Shown: positions 1-13,119 of the stretch, in pieces
How positions within the stretch are numbered: the stretch's first letter is position 1
How the letters are laid out: each line of letters starts with the position of its first letter
Translations under genes and position numbers: made by a program
NCBI RefSeq assembly: GCF_036321535.1
Contig: NC_087437.1
Span: 41,976,001-42,040,000 of the forward strand
From: Camelus dromedarius
Taxonomy: Eukaryota
Reading direction: 5' to 3'
DNA length: 64,000 nt
Notes under the pieces: model-generated
Database searches by the model: none
The model's input: only the letters and a program-made list of their open reading frames with translations
Told to the model about the DNA's origin: nothing

Positions 1-449
1 ACCTGATAGGCCCCTTTTCAAACAATAGCTTGCTGCCTAGTAAGGGGAAGTTGACCAGCAGGGTGGGCTCCATAAGGGCCGGTAAGTACTGATGGGCCCA
101 GAGCAGGAAGTCCAGCTTATGGAAGGGGTGGGAGGAAAGTTGGTGACGGTGGCTGTCATTGTGCTGGGACTGAGTAATGTCATGAGACTGGATTACCTCA
201 GAGCCAAACTATGCTGCTTCCCAGGAGGTGTACAGCCCCTCTCAAGGGACACAGCCAGTGTGTCTGCTGCTTTCTGCCATTCCTAGTTATCTTGATTGTT
301 TTTGGCTATTCTTGCATTTACATAATTAAGACAAAAACTTTTTACCCAAAATTAAATTGTCAGACTTTCTTTGGCCTTTTCCTCCAAGTAAAGTTTGAGT
401 GATTTTAATTCTTGGAAGTTATAAAGATTATGTTTTAAGAGTAAACACT

Positions 450-580
450 GTGTAGTGTGAATCCCTGGACATTTGCTAGCTGATGAATGGTTAAATTCTT
501 AGCCTCAGCTTCCTCTCTTAAAATGGGGACAGTGATAACACCTGTCCAATAAGGTTGTGAGATAATCCCTTCTAAGTACC
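450..580 (+). mobile_element. MIR SINE fragment
   Basis: agcctcagcttcctctcttaaaatggggacagtgataacacct...aaggttgtgag resembles the MIR core. Confidence 0.7.
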
Positions 581-1109
581 ATCATCATCCTCGTCATCCT
601 CATCCAGCCGTGTAATATACACAGGTTTGCTGATTATGTTTTATAGAGAGATGTCATGATCAGTTGTGGGCAATAACTTGATTATCTAACTGGTGGAAAT
701 CAGTTGAAGTTCTAGCCCCCATTTCATTGCCTACTTATAATAGGCTTGCTTTCATGAGGTTGATGGTGATAGCAGCAGTTCAGACATTTCAGATGAAGGT
801 TTATGGGGATGTATACATATATCATTCAGATACAAGATTGTGGATAAAACAAAGGTTCCACGGCGTCATGCGTTTAAAGTAAGTTTTGTTGTAGCTGAAG
901 CTTCACTTGTTGCTTTTCTTTTGGATAATAGCAGTTAACTCTCACAGCATGTCCGAGAGGCCATATTCAGACAGGCCTGCAAAACAGTTCCTATGGGTAC
1001 ACCTTCCCGCCTTTAGGTCTTGCCACTTACATTTTAAATAAATTCCATACTTCTTTTAATCTTTAATGTGTCCTGCTGTTCGACAGTACTGAAGGGGCAG
1101 TAAGGCCTA

Positions 1110-1340
1110 TTGGTAAGATCATTATGGGTTTTGGACTGGGATTGCCTGGCTTAGAAATCCCCTGCATGCTAGTTGTGTATCATAAAATCAGCTACTTCTC
1201 TACACCTCAGTTTCCTCATCTATAGAATTGGAATAATAATAATATGTCTTAAGGGATTGCTATGGGGATTAAATGACATACTGTAGAAAGCACTCAAAAC
1301 AGTTTCTGAGTCAGTGTAAGGGCCCAGTAAATAGGACTGT
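1110..1340 (+). mobile_element. MIR SINE, near full length
   Basis: cctcagtttcctcatctatagaattggaataataata...ggattaaatga...aaagcactcaaaacagt matches the MIR core and 3' part. Confidence 0.85.
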
Positions 1341-3584
1341 TAGGCCTCCAGTCTTCATTACAGCTAGACATTGAATCACTTATTATTTTTGTTACCTGTC
1401 ATTTTAAAGCATTTTGGGAAAGCCTATGTGAACTTGAGGTATTGGTTAGGAGTTTTTAGATGTCTTCACATTTTAGTCATAATGCTTCAAAATAATACAT
1501 TTAAAAATTATGCAGTGGGAGTTTAGCTTCTGTGCCCTTTTGTCTTGCAGGCTTGTTTGACAATGATTAAAATGTCATTTCTGAGGGTACTATTGCTTGG
1601 AGTTCCTTAAATATCAGAGACCTTTGTATGCTAGATAATTCCGAAGCGCTGACTGTCATACTACCTCAGTTGTCTGCCACATTTTATTTCATAGTTTGTA
1701 GTCTTTTAGTTCTTGCTTTATTATTCTTCATGTATTTTTTACCTTTGTTTTTACATTTAAATTTTGAAGTGGAAAATTTCATGGTAGAAGTGTCTTTAAA
1801 GAAAACTGTAAGGGGTTCTTCAAGGGTAGGGGTCAAATCTTAGTGATCCTTGTATCTTGGTCCCGATCCAGCACCTCTTAGGTGTTCAGAAAAATGGAAA
1901 GTCATTTCCTACTGTACTGCTAAAAAAATCCATTTCAAAATGTTGGGAAAAGTCTCTTGTTAATTCACAGAGGTTCTTTTGTCTTATTGTTATTATACTT
2001 AAGTAGTTAAATTTGGTTATTTTTACTCTCAGTTCCTCAAGTTAAGAGAGTAAATGCTGGTATGACGGTGTTTTCAAAAGCACACAGTAATTCTGAAGAC
2101 GTCCATAAGTAGGTCAGCTCCTCTTCCCTGCAAAAAGCATGAGGGCATGATCATTATATTCATTTTCTTGGTAACATTTTTCCTTTGTGAGGAGTAGACT
2201 AGGAACACCTTGGAAAAACATTTTTAAGGCTATTTTCTAGTGAAAGATAGACTAACTTTATCTTTTTTGTATTATTAGGAAATAATTTAGATTACTCATT
2301 AATATTTTGTTGTTATCATGCAGTTTAAAATTATAGCATTTATCTGTTGCAGTAAACTCAATAAATTCTGTGTCAGACCCAGGAATAGATAAATTACCTT
2401 ATAAATTGTAAATGAATTTGGTTACTGAATTATATGGAGTTGGGATAGTAATTTTTCTCTTTCTCCATCCATAGTACAACTGAAGGGGTGAGGGAGGTGG
2501 TGAGATAGGTGATGGGGAGGGGCAGGCAGGAGGGGAAGAGAGCCTGTGTTAGGGCAGTGGTGGTGGGGTGTGGAAGTGGGAACGGAAATGAGATGTTTAG
2601 GAGATAGCCACGACCTGCTGACCTTTATGGACACTTTATATATTGCAGTATAACAGAGCCAGAATTAACATCAGTTTTGTGGTGTCTTTCTGGCTATAGG
2701 AATTTTTATATTTTCACTTAATTTAAAAAGCTTCCAATTATTAGCAAATTATAATTTCTGTTTTAAACTGATAAGGAGGTGAAGCATCAAGAGAAGTCTT
2801 CAGGAATAGGAGTGGAAATTCGAAGAGATAAATAGAAGCATTATTCTTAGGGTATTTTTGAGTGAAAGTGTTATTCTCTGTTAGTGGGCTGACTAGATGA
2901 ATTTTATCTGTTTTGTTCTGCAGTTCTCATTAAAGTGGATATACACACTATTTATCTCATGTAAATGTCAAATTAAGCTCTGCTTGTTCTTTTCTTGAAG
3001 TGCCAAGTCTTTACCAGTTGTCTAGGATTGGATTATCTTGGTTATCCGGGGTTGGATCTTTTAACATCAGTTCAGTGTGCCTTAACGCTAGACTCGGCAG
3101 CATCAGTTTCCCGTGTCTGCTGTACCAGAGCCCAAGCCGTGCGGACAAAACGAGTGCTTCTGCACCGCTGGAACTGAGCTTGTCTCCTTCAGTGGAGGGA
3201 GAACAGGCTTTACGGGTAGTATAACCAAACGTTTATACTTAAATTGCCTGAGTGTAAGCATGAAATAGTCACAAAATGTTAAAATACAGCAAAAGCGTGG
3301 CTTGTTATCCCATAAGTTAGAAATCAAGACCTGAGATTAATTTAGTTAATTTATTCTTTTTTGTTTGTTTTTTTCCTTTTTCAGTTTTATTAGGTAGAAT
3401 TATTACAGTTTGACTGCACATATACATTATATTGCATGTATGGTTAGTTTATTCTTAATGATCAAGACTAGTTCTTATTCTGTGGGTCAAGCATTCACAT
3501 TTTGAGTGATGTAGTTCTTGCCTTATTTGCTTAAGGCAAAGAACATCTCTAACATCTCAGGATTTTAAAGCTGGTTGTATTAAC

Positions 3585-3746
3585 ATAGTGGATTGTAACT
3601 TTTGCACATCAGAATTACCTGGGGGGCTTTAAAAAATGCACAAGTTGATCTGCAGGCTAACTGTAGGTAATTGTCAGATTGTAGGGGGTAACACCTGGGC
3701 ATTAGTCTTGAAAGGTAATATGCAGTGGAGATTGAGAATGTCTGGT
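3585..3746. mobile_element. MER5-type hAT-Charlie MITE
   Basis: gcacatcagaattacctggggggctttaaaaaat...aatatgcagtggagattgagaa. Confidence 0.6.
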
Positions 3747-4400
3747 TAACCTAACCATCAGGACAGTTTAAGAAATTCTCATGGTACCCTTTCCCAAGTA
3801 CCCCACACCACACATGCTGCGTACCTGTCTGTCCATCCAGGTTAGTCTTCTTTAAGGTATGCAAAGTGCTTAAAGGTCTTTTATCTTGTATTTGTATACT
3901 TCTTAAGTAAACTCTATGTGGTGGTTGTCTTTATTGAACCTAATAATTAAAATTGCTGTTTAGCTTTTTTAATAAACTTCTGTAAGTAATAAACAAGCGT
4001 TACCAAACATAAATTTGAGTTTACTTCTTTCAGCAGAGAATGGATTTATTTTACCTTTATTTAGATGTAAACACAATAGCTCACCTATTGTAAACTATTA
4101 AAATTCAAAGTTGATTAAAATAGGTAAGGTTGTGCAAGGTGGATGAAGTTGAAAGGTGAGATGAGAAAATAACATCTTTCAACTTGCTGCTTGCAGAAGC
4201 TGCTTTTGGCCCTGTTTCCACTTGACTCTGTGGAAGAATTGGGCTGAGACTGTTGCTTTCCTCTTTGTTTTCCTTCATAAATTTTGCCTCATGCCTTAAA
4301 TGGTGTAGGTGCCCCGGAAACAGCTTGGTGTCTGACTCAGGTGGTTCCTCCAGCATTCCTGAATCCCCAGGGTATTACATTTGGCAGATGCTGACAATTA

Positions 4401-4579
4401 CCAGTAACTTTAATATGGATTGGAATCACCTGGAGGGCTTGTTAAACCACCGATTGCTGGTACCGCCCCCCCAGCGTTTCTGGTCTGGGATAGGTGGGCC
4501 CTGAGAATTTGTACTTATAAGAAGTTCCAAGGTGATACCGATGTTCGTGGTTCTGAGACCAGGCTTTGAAAACAACTGA
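4401..4579. mobile_element. MER5A hAT-Charlie MITE
   Basis: gaatcacctggagggcttgttaaac...gattgctgg...ctgagaatttgtactt...aagttccaaggtgat...tttgaaaacaactg. Confidence 0.85.
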
Positions 4580-5126
4580 GGTAGGAGGTTTTTGGGGGTG
4601 AGGGGAGCTTGTAAGAAGAGGAGATTTATAGAGGTAGTGCCCTTGAATGGAAGAGAAAATTCTCAGGATTAAGTTTGGTCACAAAGTGAAGAAAAGGAAG
4701 AAAATCCTTATGAATGCAGAAAAATGAAAAATAACGATTGGCTTAAATTCTTAAGTTGGAATCTCAAAGATACAATTTTTTTCTTGGTCTGAAAAAATTT
4801 CCCCTTGCTCTCCTATGGTTTTAATGAACTGAGGTTTTAATCAGGGACTCTTTTCAAAGGATTTGTTTGTGGAGCCTTTCAGTTTACATCTTCTAGTTCA
4901 ATTGCTATTTTATCAGGAATTCCTTTTTTTTCTCCATGCCTCAGTTCCCACATAGAATAAATATGATTGCTGAAGATATCCTAGGACTATTTAAGGTTTA
5001 ATGAATAGTAGTATGTAGTATTTGGGGATGACTGAGTTAGGAAACTCATGCAAATGTGAAAAATAGTCTAACAGATAAACAGTATCTGACACTGTGTTCA
5101 GTAAGCAAGTCAGCTGGGTCATAGTA

Positions 5127-5172
5127 AAAAAAAAAAAAAACAAAAACAAACAAACAAAAAACAAAGCCAAAA
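5127..5172 (+). repeat. A-rich / (CAAA)n low-complexity tract
   Basis: Poly(A) followed by caaaaacaaacaaacaaaaaacaaa. Confidence 0.9.
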
Positions 5173-5273
5173 GGGGAGGATAAAAAGTGGGGGAACTGAT
5201 ATGGAAGTGGGCTTCACTCTGTAAAGTATTCTAAAGAAACAGGAAGGTTTTTAAAGCATAAAACTAGGGGAAA

Positions 5274-5286
5274 AGGAAGTGACTCA
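5274..5286 (+). promoter_or_regulatory. Composite ETS/AP-1 motif AGGAAGTGACTCA
   Basis: ETS core GGAAGT overlapping a perfect TGACTCA; function not demonstrable from sequence. Confidence 0.4.
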
Positions 5287-6594
5287 GAATTCAAAATAGA
5301 TAGGACTCTACACCAGTAAGGATCTGGAGTGGGAAGAACGTGGCCTGCAGAACAGAGGAGAAGCAATCCATGAGAAGCAGTTGCGGTTAGTGAACGGACT
5401 CCATAGTAACGTGGAAAACAGGATTATACATATTCCCTTTTTTTCCTCCTGTGGACAGGGCACCATTGTAGAAATTTAGAACGTTGTGCTCTGTTTTAAA
5501 AATCTGTTTCAAGGGTCAAATTGAATTCCAGACCAATTGTTAGTAATTAAAGTTGCAGCTCTTGAGAGGAGTTTTCTCATGGTCTCTAGATAAGTTCTGA
5601 TGCTGTTCTGTGAGTTGAGCTCATTGATCATTTTTCTACTCATTGCACCTGTCATGCTGGTATCAGCAATTAACATTCCTCAGAGGTGAATAGAATGCCA
5701 GCCTCCATCTCAGATGGAGCTCGAGAACAACAGGTGCATTCTACCTGTTTCTTGGCTATACCCGGTGCAGTCCGAAGGCAAGTAATTAACCATAGAACAG
5801 ACTTTGGAGAAAATGAGATTCTTTAGAATTTGAGCCAGAGTGCTGAAAAGTAGCTCTGGGTAATGTATTTAGGAGACATAGGAAATGGCTCAACAGGAAG
5901 GGTGAAATAGCCTTGCTAATCTGGTTCCCTTCCTCGATACAAGTCTTAATTGTGCGCCTTCAACAGACTCTCTCTTTTTTTTTTAATTGACTTAGGTTCA
6001 CATCAAAGGTCATTAGACTTGAACTCATACAGTAAAAATCAGTAGATTATATTGTGAATTTTTCCTCTTCCCTTTAAATGAAGAAAACTGACAGAACCTT
6101 CTGGCTTGGGTTAGAGAAAGAGAATGCCCTGATATACTTTAACCCCCTTGCCATTCAAACTGGGTCCACTGATCAAGGCCTCACGGTCCTCACCTCCAAG
6201 TGAGAGGATTGGACCAGATCGTTTCTAAAATTCTTCTTCACTCAGTTTCTCTTTCCTCTGTAGTTTTAATTCCTCTAGAGTTTTCTGCCATTTAGATCTT
6301 CTTAATTTCATGCAAAGACTAAAGCTTTGCTTAAATAGGTTCAAATGTGGGCAGATTTCAAGAGCCTAATTATCTAGAATTTTCTATTTGAAAGTGAGAT
6401 GTTAAATTATCATTTAGGACTCTTAAGGTAAGGTACTACATTAATTTCTCTAAAATCTTGTCAGCATAAGTTCAATCCTGACTAGTAGCAAAAAAAGAAA
6501 TTACCCAGTATATAATTTTTTCTTGTTTTAATAATTGCCATATTTGAAATTGTACGTATGTACCAATTGTATGCCAGCTGGCTTTATATCACTT

Positions 6595-6690
6595 GTCAAT
6601 CCTGGTTGCATATTTGAATCACCTGCAATTGAAAAAAAATGCTTTAGTCCTCACCTCCAGATATTTAGATGTAGTTGGTACCCAGTGTAT
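6595..6690. mobile_element. MER5-type fragment
   Basis: caatcctggttgcatatttgaatcacctg...cctcacctccagatatttagat. Confidence 0.55.
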
Positions 6691-7739
6691 TTTTAAGGAT
6701 AGAATTGTCATCAGTATTTAGTTACCATTGCGTTCAGTAAACCAGTTGGTGAATTTTATTTTATGTCCTCTGATGTTTAGAGTATCAAATTATTTGTGAA
6801 TGGAAAAAACCCTAAAAACACAACGTGATACTTTCTCCTCTGAGGTGCACTGCCTCAGCTGAAGGCTGTGTGTGCCCTGGCTCCACACTTGTGCCGACTG
6901 CTTACCCAGAAGCTGGCCGAGATCACCTTGCTGCTGCCTGTCTCTCTTCTCTGAGACAGCACATATGGTTGTCCTTTTTGTATTGGTTTCAGAGGTTATT
7001 TGCTGTCATTTTACTGACTCAAAGATGCTATTAATTTTAAGATACCGCGGTAATTTACGTATCTCTTCATGAGAAAGTACTGTCAGTTAAACTGACTTGC
7101 CTTAACTGTAAGGTGCTTTCCTTTTTTTTGAGAGCTTAAGATGAGGAAAACAAAAATATTTGGAATCAATGAAATACATTTCTTTAGTTTTCAGTTTCTC
7201 TTTCAGATTTAATTAGATCTTTAAAAATCACAAATTGATTGGAATTTTTCCTATTTTTGTGTTTGCATAACCATTTTGTGTGGGCGTCTGTGTAAAAATT
7301 AAAATAGCTTACTATTCTGTTTACCTCTCAGTTGTAGAAATACGACTCATGTGTTTAAACATTGTACCTTCTAAATATGCCCTGGAGAATTTAGATACAA
7401 ATCATAATCTTGTGATGCTCTTTGTTAGCTTTAGCATCTCACCAAATGTCTCTGCTTCACTCTGCCAAAAGGCTTACTTTTTTAATGTGTGTGTGTGTGC
7501 ATACACACCTACACACGTACAGTGTGTATGAGTGTATGAGTTCGCAGTGTTATCACTTGTGTCTTCTCTGTTTTGTCTAACTTTTTGATAAATCTAAACT
7601 TTGGGTTTTAAAAAATTTCAAGGCTCTTCTGTTGTTCATGTGTATGCTGGCTGTTGCAGCTTTATCCTATTGAAAACAACACAGCCCAGGTCAGCAGTCT
7701 TATCACATGCTTCTAACGTTTATGCAGAAAACACTTTGT

Positions 7740-7810
7740 TTTCTTTGCCTTCTCTTCACCCCCTTTTCCCCTTCTTTCCCTCCTCCCTCCCTTCCTTCTT
7801 TCCTTCCTAC
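7740..7810 (+). repeat. CT-rich polypyrimidine low-complexity tract
   Basis: ccccttttccccttctttccctcctccctcccttccttctttccttcc. Confidence 0.85.
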
Positions 7811-9099
7811 ATACCTACTGTGTTAACCAAGAAACGTTATTACTTTTGGATCTATAGTATCTGCCTCTAAAAAATTCCCTTGCGTAAGACTCAATTTATG
7901 CCAGATGTACAAGCAGCATATGCGATTTGGTAGTTTTTATTTCTGAGATGCATTTAAAGCTTTATTGTAGTTTATCAGGGCGTTAGAATATTTTCTTTGG
8001 TGAAAATGCTATGGATTTCTGTAAAGCCTGTGGTGGCCAGTTCAATTTGGAATACTTGTTTGGTTTTCAGTAAATTAGTAGGTAGCCAAATCTAATATTT
8101 TATTTTTCCCCCCTGTAAGGAGGTGCTGGTGAGATCCACTTAAGGGTACTCAGTGCTGTCTGACGACCAGGCTTGATGAAGTGGCCCCTCAGATTTTATA
8201 TCACTAAGTTTCTAAGTACTTAGAGTTGCTTTTGTTTTGGTGCCTCGTTCCTCTTCATGGGAAAGTTAGTTCTGTAGCCACATGTGGTCTCCTGGCTCTG
8301 TGTGTCTTCCTTTTCTGGTTTGTTCCCAGTGCCTTTATTGCTGTAGACGTCTCTCAGAAGCTGCATTATCCCGTTTGCACTTGGGTTTGTGTGTGCATGC
8401 ACGTTCTTGGGGTAGTTAACGCCGTCTCTCTGCACAGGAGCTCAGCCCCCGTCCGGAACTCTTAGGGTCAGGCCACCTTTGCTGTGTCTGCAGGGTTTAT
8501 GTGTGTTACTTGGTCTGCTCTCCATCCTCTGCCTCTGCTCTCGTGTCCTGAACTACTTTCTTTGTCTTCACCTCCTTTCTCTCTTGTTTCTTTGATAACT
8601 ACTCTCCATGGGATGGGCTCTTTTCTTTAACAAACCTGGTATTTTTGGAGAGAAAGATTTGACTCTTGGGCATCCACTGAAGACCTTCCTCCAAGAGTGG
8701 AAGAGAGAGCCCTCAACCTAGGAGGTTTCTGAGAGAAATTGTGTTCCTTCTTTTTTACAGGCTCTCTGGTCTAAATTTGTGACAAAGTAAGAAACTCCTA
8801 GTTATCCTAGTTGCATAGGAGTCCTGCTGTTTCAGCATTTAACCTTGATCGTGCTGGTTTACACGAGCAGGATTGGTTTTGGACCTAACTGAGCAGCTGC
8901 ATGAAACACAGTGTTGCCATTTATGCAGTGTATCTTTTTGTACAAAACAATTTGTTGGCTTCTTGTCATGAACTCATCCTCTGAGATACCATGATAACAT
9001 CTGGCATGCCTTATTTGTTTACTGTTTTTCTTGTGTGTGTTTAGAAGCAAAAAAAGGCCCGTAGTGGTCACTTTTGTGTGTCAGCCCTTTGGGTCAGGT

Positions 9100-10130
9100 T
9101 TTCCGTCCTGACTCACTGTGTGTCAGGACTGTGGAGATGGGTTGGAGGGTGTGCAGAATTTCCTCCGTCGGACCCAAGAGCCAGAAAGCCACGACGAAGT
9201 TTGATTTGGCTTGGGGCAGCCTTTTCCAAATATGAATTTGGATGCAGTACAGTACGTCCTCTAAGAAAAGGAGGAGAAGGGAAACCAATAACTCTCTAAC
9301 TAGAAGTATTTGGGGAGTATTTAGACAGGGGAAACTCTAAGCCGTGGTATTTGGAGTCTCCCCTAAGCTTGTGTCGCAATGGTACGCAGAGACCAGTCTT
9401 CTTTTCTCCAGGCCGAGCGCTCCCTTCGCTTGGGAAAGCCATAGAGCAGCCTCTGTCCTGCGGGTGCTGCACGCACGCTGACTTGCTCCAGACAGTCTCG
9501 AATGTGACCTGGCAGCCAGCGCTGTTTCCTGCTGACGTGGCCTCCCACCACTGAGCAGAACAGAGCCGGCTCAGTGTGCTGAGGAAGGAGCGGCCCAGGG
9601 CATGAATCACCAGCGGGATAAGGAACACATTAAGAGGGGAAAGCGCCTAGCTGTTCAGGTTTCCTTCTAGATAGACTTAAAAGACATCTTTTTTTATAGG
9701 AAGGGAGGAGGAGGAAGAAAAACAGGAGTGAAGAATGCTACAAGAATCAGACAGTGATTTGTTTGGCCACAGGAAGGGTTTCTTATCAGCAGGAGCTGAC
9801 TTCTGGGGTGAGACCCAGTCTGCCGCAGACATCTGAGAGGATGCTCGAGGAGGCCAGACTGGGCTGCAGCCCGCAGCCTGCTCAGGCCCCGCTCCGGCAG
9901 AGGTCGGTGGGAGTATGAGCTCCCGGTCAGATCCTGCAGATGGACGTTCCAAGAAGCAAAGCAAAACTGTAGTCTGTGTCTTGGTGGAAAAATTGCTCTC
10001 AGCTTGGTAGGAACTGGAGAAAGGGATTCTTGAGAAGCTGTTGAGGAGCAAAAATCCTTTTGCGTGGCTTTCCCGTCAGCGGTGTCAGAAGCCTGTTGGA
10101 TACTCAGTGTTGGCTTACGTTCCACCCACT
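9100..10130. promoter_or_regulatory. CpG-enriched, GC-rich putative intragenic enhancer or weak alternative promoter
   Basis: About 28 CpGs counted in 9340-10130, well above the flanks; AP-1 TGACTCA at 9109-9115; TGACGT half-CRE near 9533; no recognisable repeats. Confidence 0.45.
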
Positions 10131-12999
10131 GCTTGGTACTTTGGATTTGCTCATTTGGAAAGGTCCAAGTACAACTCCTTGTTACCTTCTAATAGGCTGA
10201 AAAAATCAAGCTGTCATGGAAGTTTTTAGTGAGATGGGACTTCGATTCTGATCTAGACATTCAGTGACTTCATCAGTTTTTAAAGGTAATTGTAGAACTT
10301 TTCCTCAGATTATTTTACAGAGACATTTTCTGTACCAAACCAGTGGAGCGGATGTGATGGAGGGCAGAAGGCCCCAGGCACACCTGCTTATCTTTCTTTT
10401 GGTAAGGCCTGTAAAACTTTCCCCCTGACTACCTTGCCCTCCTGGCATGCATATGTTGAAAAACCACTGGTTGATGCACCCTTCCCATATTGTAGGTGAG
10501 GAAATTGTGCCTCAGGTAGGTCAGTTTGTTAGGTAATGTTATAATGACATTCAGAGTGCCTTAGAATGAAAGTTCTTTGATCTGCCTCTTGCTTTTGAGC
10601 CTTCATTATCTCTTAGTGCCCTGTTGGAGGAGCCTCCTCCATCTCCTTGCCCCCAGCACAGATTTGGGGCAGGCGTTGTTGCTGTGCACTGTGTGTGTGT
10701 GTGTGTAGGCTGGAGAGCTAGACATCAGACTACAACTCAAATGGTGTGAGTGTGACCTCGATGGTGTCACTACTCTAGGAGTGAGGTGAATTGGGGGGTG
10801 GCAGTAAGACTGAAGATGAAGGGAACCATTTGAAAGGAAGAGCCGTCAGCACTTTTTAAGCATAGTTAAGTTTTAAAGTATGGTTTAAATTACAGAAATT
10901 TGATACAGAAAATTAACCAAAAGAACTTAGGCAAAGATGCTTCTCAAATGCCCAGCCAACGCAGTAGGGGGAGCGTGGAGCCTGTCTGCCGTAGATGCGG
11001 GGAGAACTTCCCTACTTCCCAGTTTCCTGCACCCTTTAGGTTTAAGATTCAGCGAGTCCTCATTGAGGACTCTTTTCTGGAGATGGCCAACAATCTGATT
11101 CCTGATTTTCTTTACTGTTTCAGTGTCCCTGCGTAATTGCTGGTGGCTTTTGCCATGTGGTGTAACCCTTAGTTCCTGGTATATCATTTATTTATATAAT
11201 TCACTTGACTGTGTCTGGAGGGTTGTTTACCCTGGATGATGGAACAAACCTGAGGCAGAGTCAGGTCTCGCATATGAACCGCATTTCGTGATTCAGTGTT
11301 GGCTTTCCCTACATAGCCCCCAAATCTAGTAAGTAGGTGGACTTGGACTTAAGATTTTGGAAATTACTTAAATTGGTCTTATTTTTCAGTATTTTTTCTT
11401 TCCTGAAAGCCACTTTCTTCTGTTGCTCCCCAGATTACTACCCTCAGCTCAGTAAACAGAAGCCTCTGCCCTAGTAAATGAATTGTCAGGAAAGAGCAAG
11501 CAAGATAGGAATGGAAGGGAGGGGATGGGATATTAAATGCATAATAGATCTACTTGCATTTTCAGTAAAGTCACCTGACTTCCTTTAAAAAGGCTTTGAT
11601 TTCAAAGGCCATGCATGGGTAGAATTAGAAAGTTGTTTAAACCGTTCATGGTGTTTTGTTGCTGTTTTTGGAGGTTGGGTTTTCACTTTGTGAAGATGAG
11701 AAGGGGAGAAAGTTTTATCTGTTAATCTTGTTTCCGTGGCGGAGATGCTATATATGCAATTAAATGCTTTTAGTCCACTCATACTAAGAAAAAAAATACT
11801 CAGCTGCTTTTTTCCAAATGTTCTTGGTAGGTCTGCTCTTCAGATACCACTGTGAATAGGAAGCCAGGGCGGTGGAGGGATCATTCTTTTGTGTGGTGGT
11901 AATAAGATAATTTCTGCATTACAAACTTTCAGGACACTCTTTGTTTAAATGAAACTTCAGAGTCTTTGGAAAGCCACATTACCAACCCTCTTTGCTTCGT
12001 TAAAAAAAAAAAAAGTCTTTATTAATTTCATGTTTTGCTGTCATCAGTTGCATAAACTTACACCATTGTTTTGAATAAAAGAATTCAGGCCATGATTTGT
12101 TTGGTGTCTTGTCTTTTCTCCTTCTGTCTCCCAAGTACAATTTGACCAAGTCTGGTTAAGAGTTGCTATTGTTCCCACCACCAGCCACCCACTCAGAGTC
12201 AGCGTTTAACTGCCAAGTGTCAGTTCACCCTGGTATTGGAGGAAGGCAAGAGGAAGTGTTCAGGGTTGAGTGCAGAATTACTGCCAGGAGGCTGGGAGGC
12301 TGGTAGTGGGCAGGCCTTCACAAGGGCTGCCAGCAAGAGATGGGCGCAGGAATTTCCTTTATCCTGCAAGAGGGAACCGGGTAGGCCCGAGGGTGTTGCG
12401 TTGCCAGCCAGGATCTCAAGCGGTTTCTTGTACTGTTTGCTAGTCCAGCCTGGGAAGCTTTATTTGTGGAGGGATCTGACGTGAAAAATGGCCATTGTAA
12501 TTTTTGAAATATTTTTCAGTGCTCATTCTCCTAAGCATCCAGAATTTATTTGGTTAAAAAGCAGCTAATTAATCTGTTTGATCTTGATGTGGAAATGAAC
12601 CATATCAAATTCCAGGTCACATCGCTTTCCCTTGTAGAATGTTTGCTTAACCTTTCGAGGTACATTTCATCAGATTATGGGCTATAGAGAGTTTATTTGT
12701 ATTTGTCCTCAGTATTCTAATCTATATGGTGGCATGTCTATTATTCTAATAATGCTCTTAAATGTAAACCTAATTTTGTCTACAAATAAGAAAAGTCACA
12801 TTTACAAATGGATTATAAAAAGTTGTAGGTGCAGTGTGTAACTTAATCATACAAGCAGTCTCCCATATATGGCACTGTTCTTGAAGACTTCTTTGCCATC
12901 TGGTCCCATTTATCTCAGACAAGGAAAAAAGAAACACTGCTTTTTTTCTTGCTTTTTAATTCTCATTAAGCTGCCAGCTAAAATTATTATGCTTACTTA

Positions 13000-13100
13000 A
13001 AACATGAAGAAATCAAAGTTGAGAATGGCTAAGTAACTTATCCACAGTAGTATAAATAGCAGAACCAGATTTTGATCTCAAGATGATTCCAAAGCTCCTG
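13000..13100 (-). mobile_element. MIR fragment
   Basis: atgaagaaatcaaagttgagaatggctaagtaacttatcca...agcagaaccagattttgatctcaag...tccaaagc. Confidence 0.65.
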
Positions 13101-13119
13101 ATATTAAAAAAACCAAAAC

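Noticed and set aside
10290..10530. Possible Charlie MITE end (tgaaaaaccactg) plus MIR fragment
   Set aside because: Too degenerate to assign family or boundaries by eye
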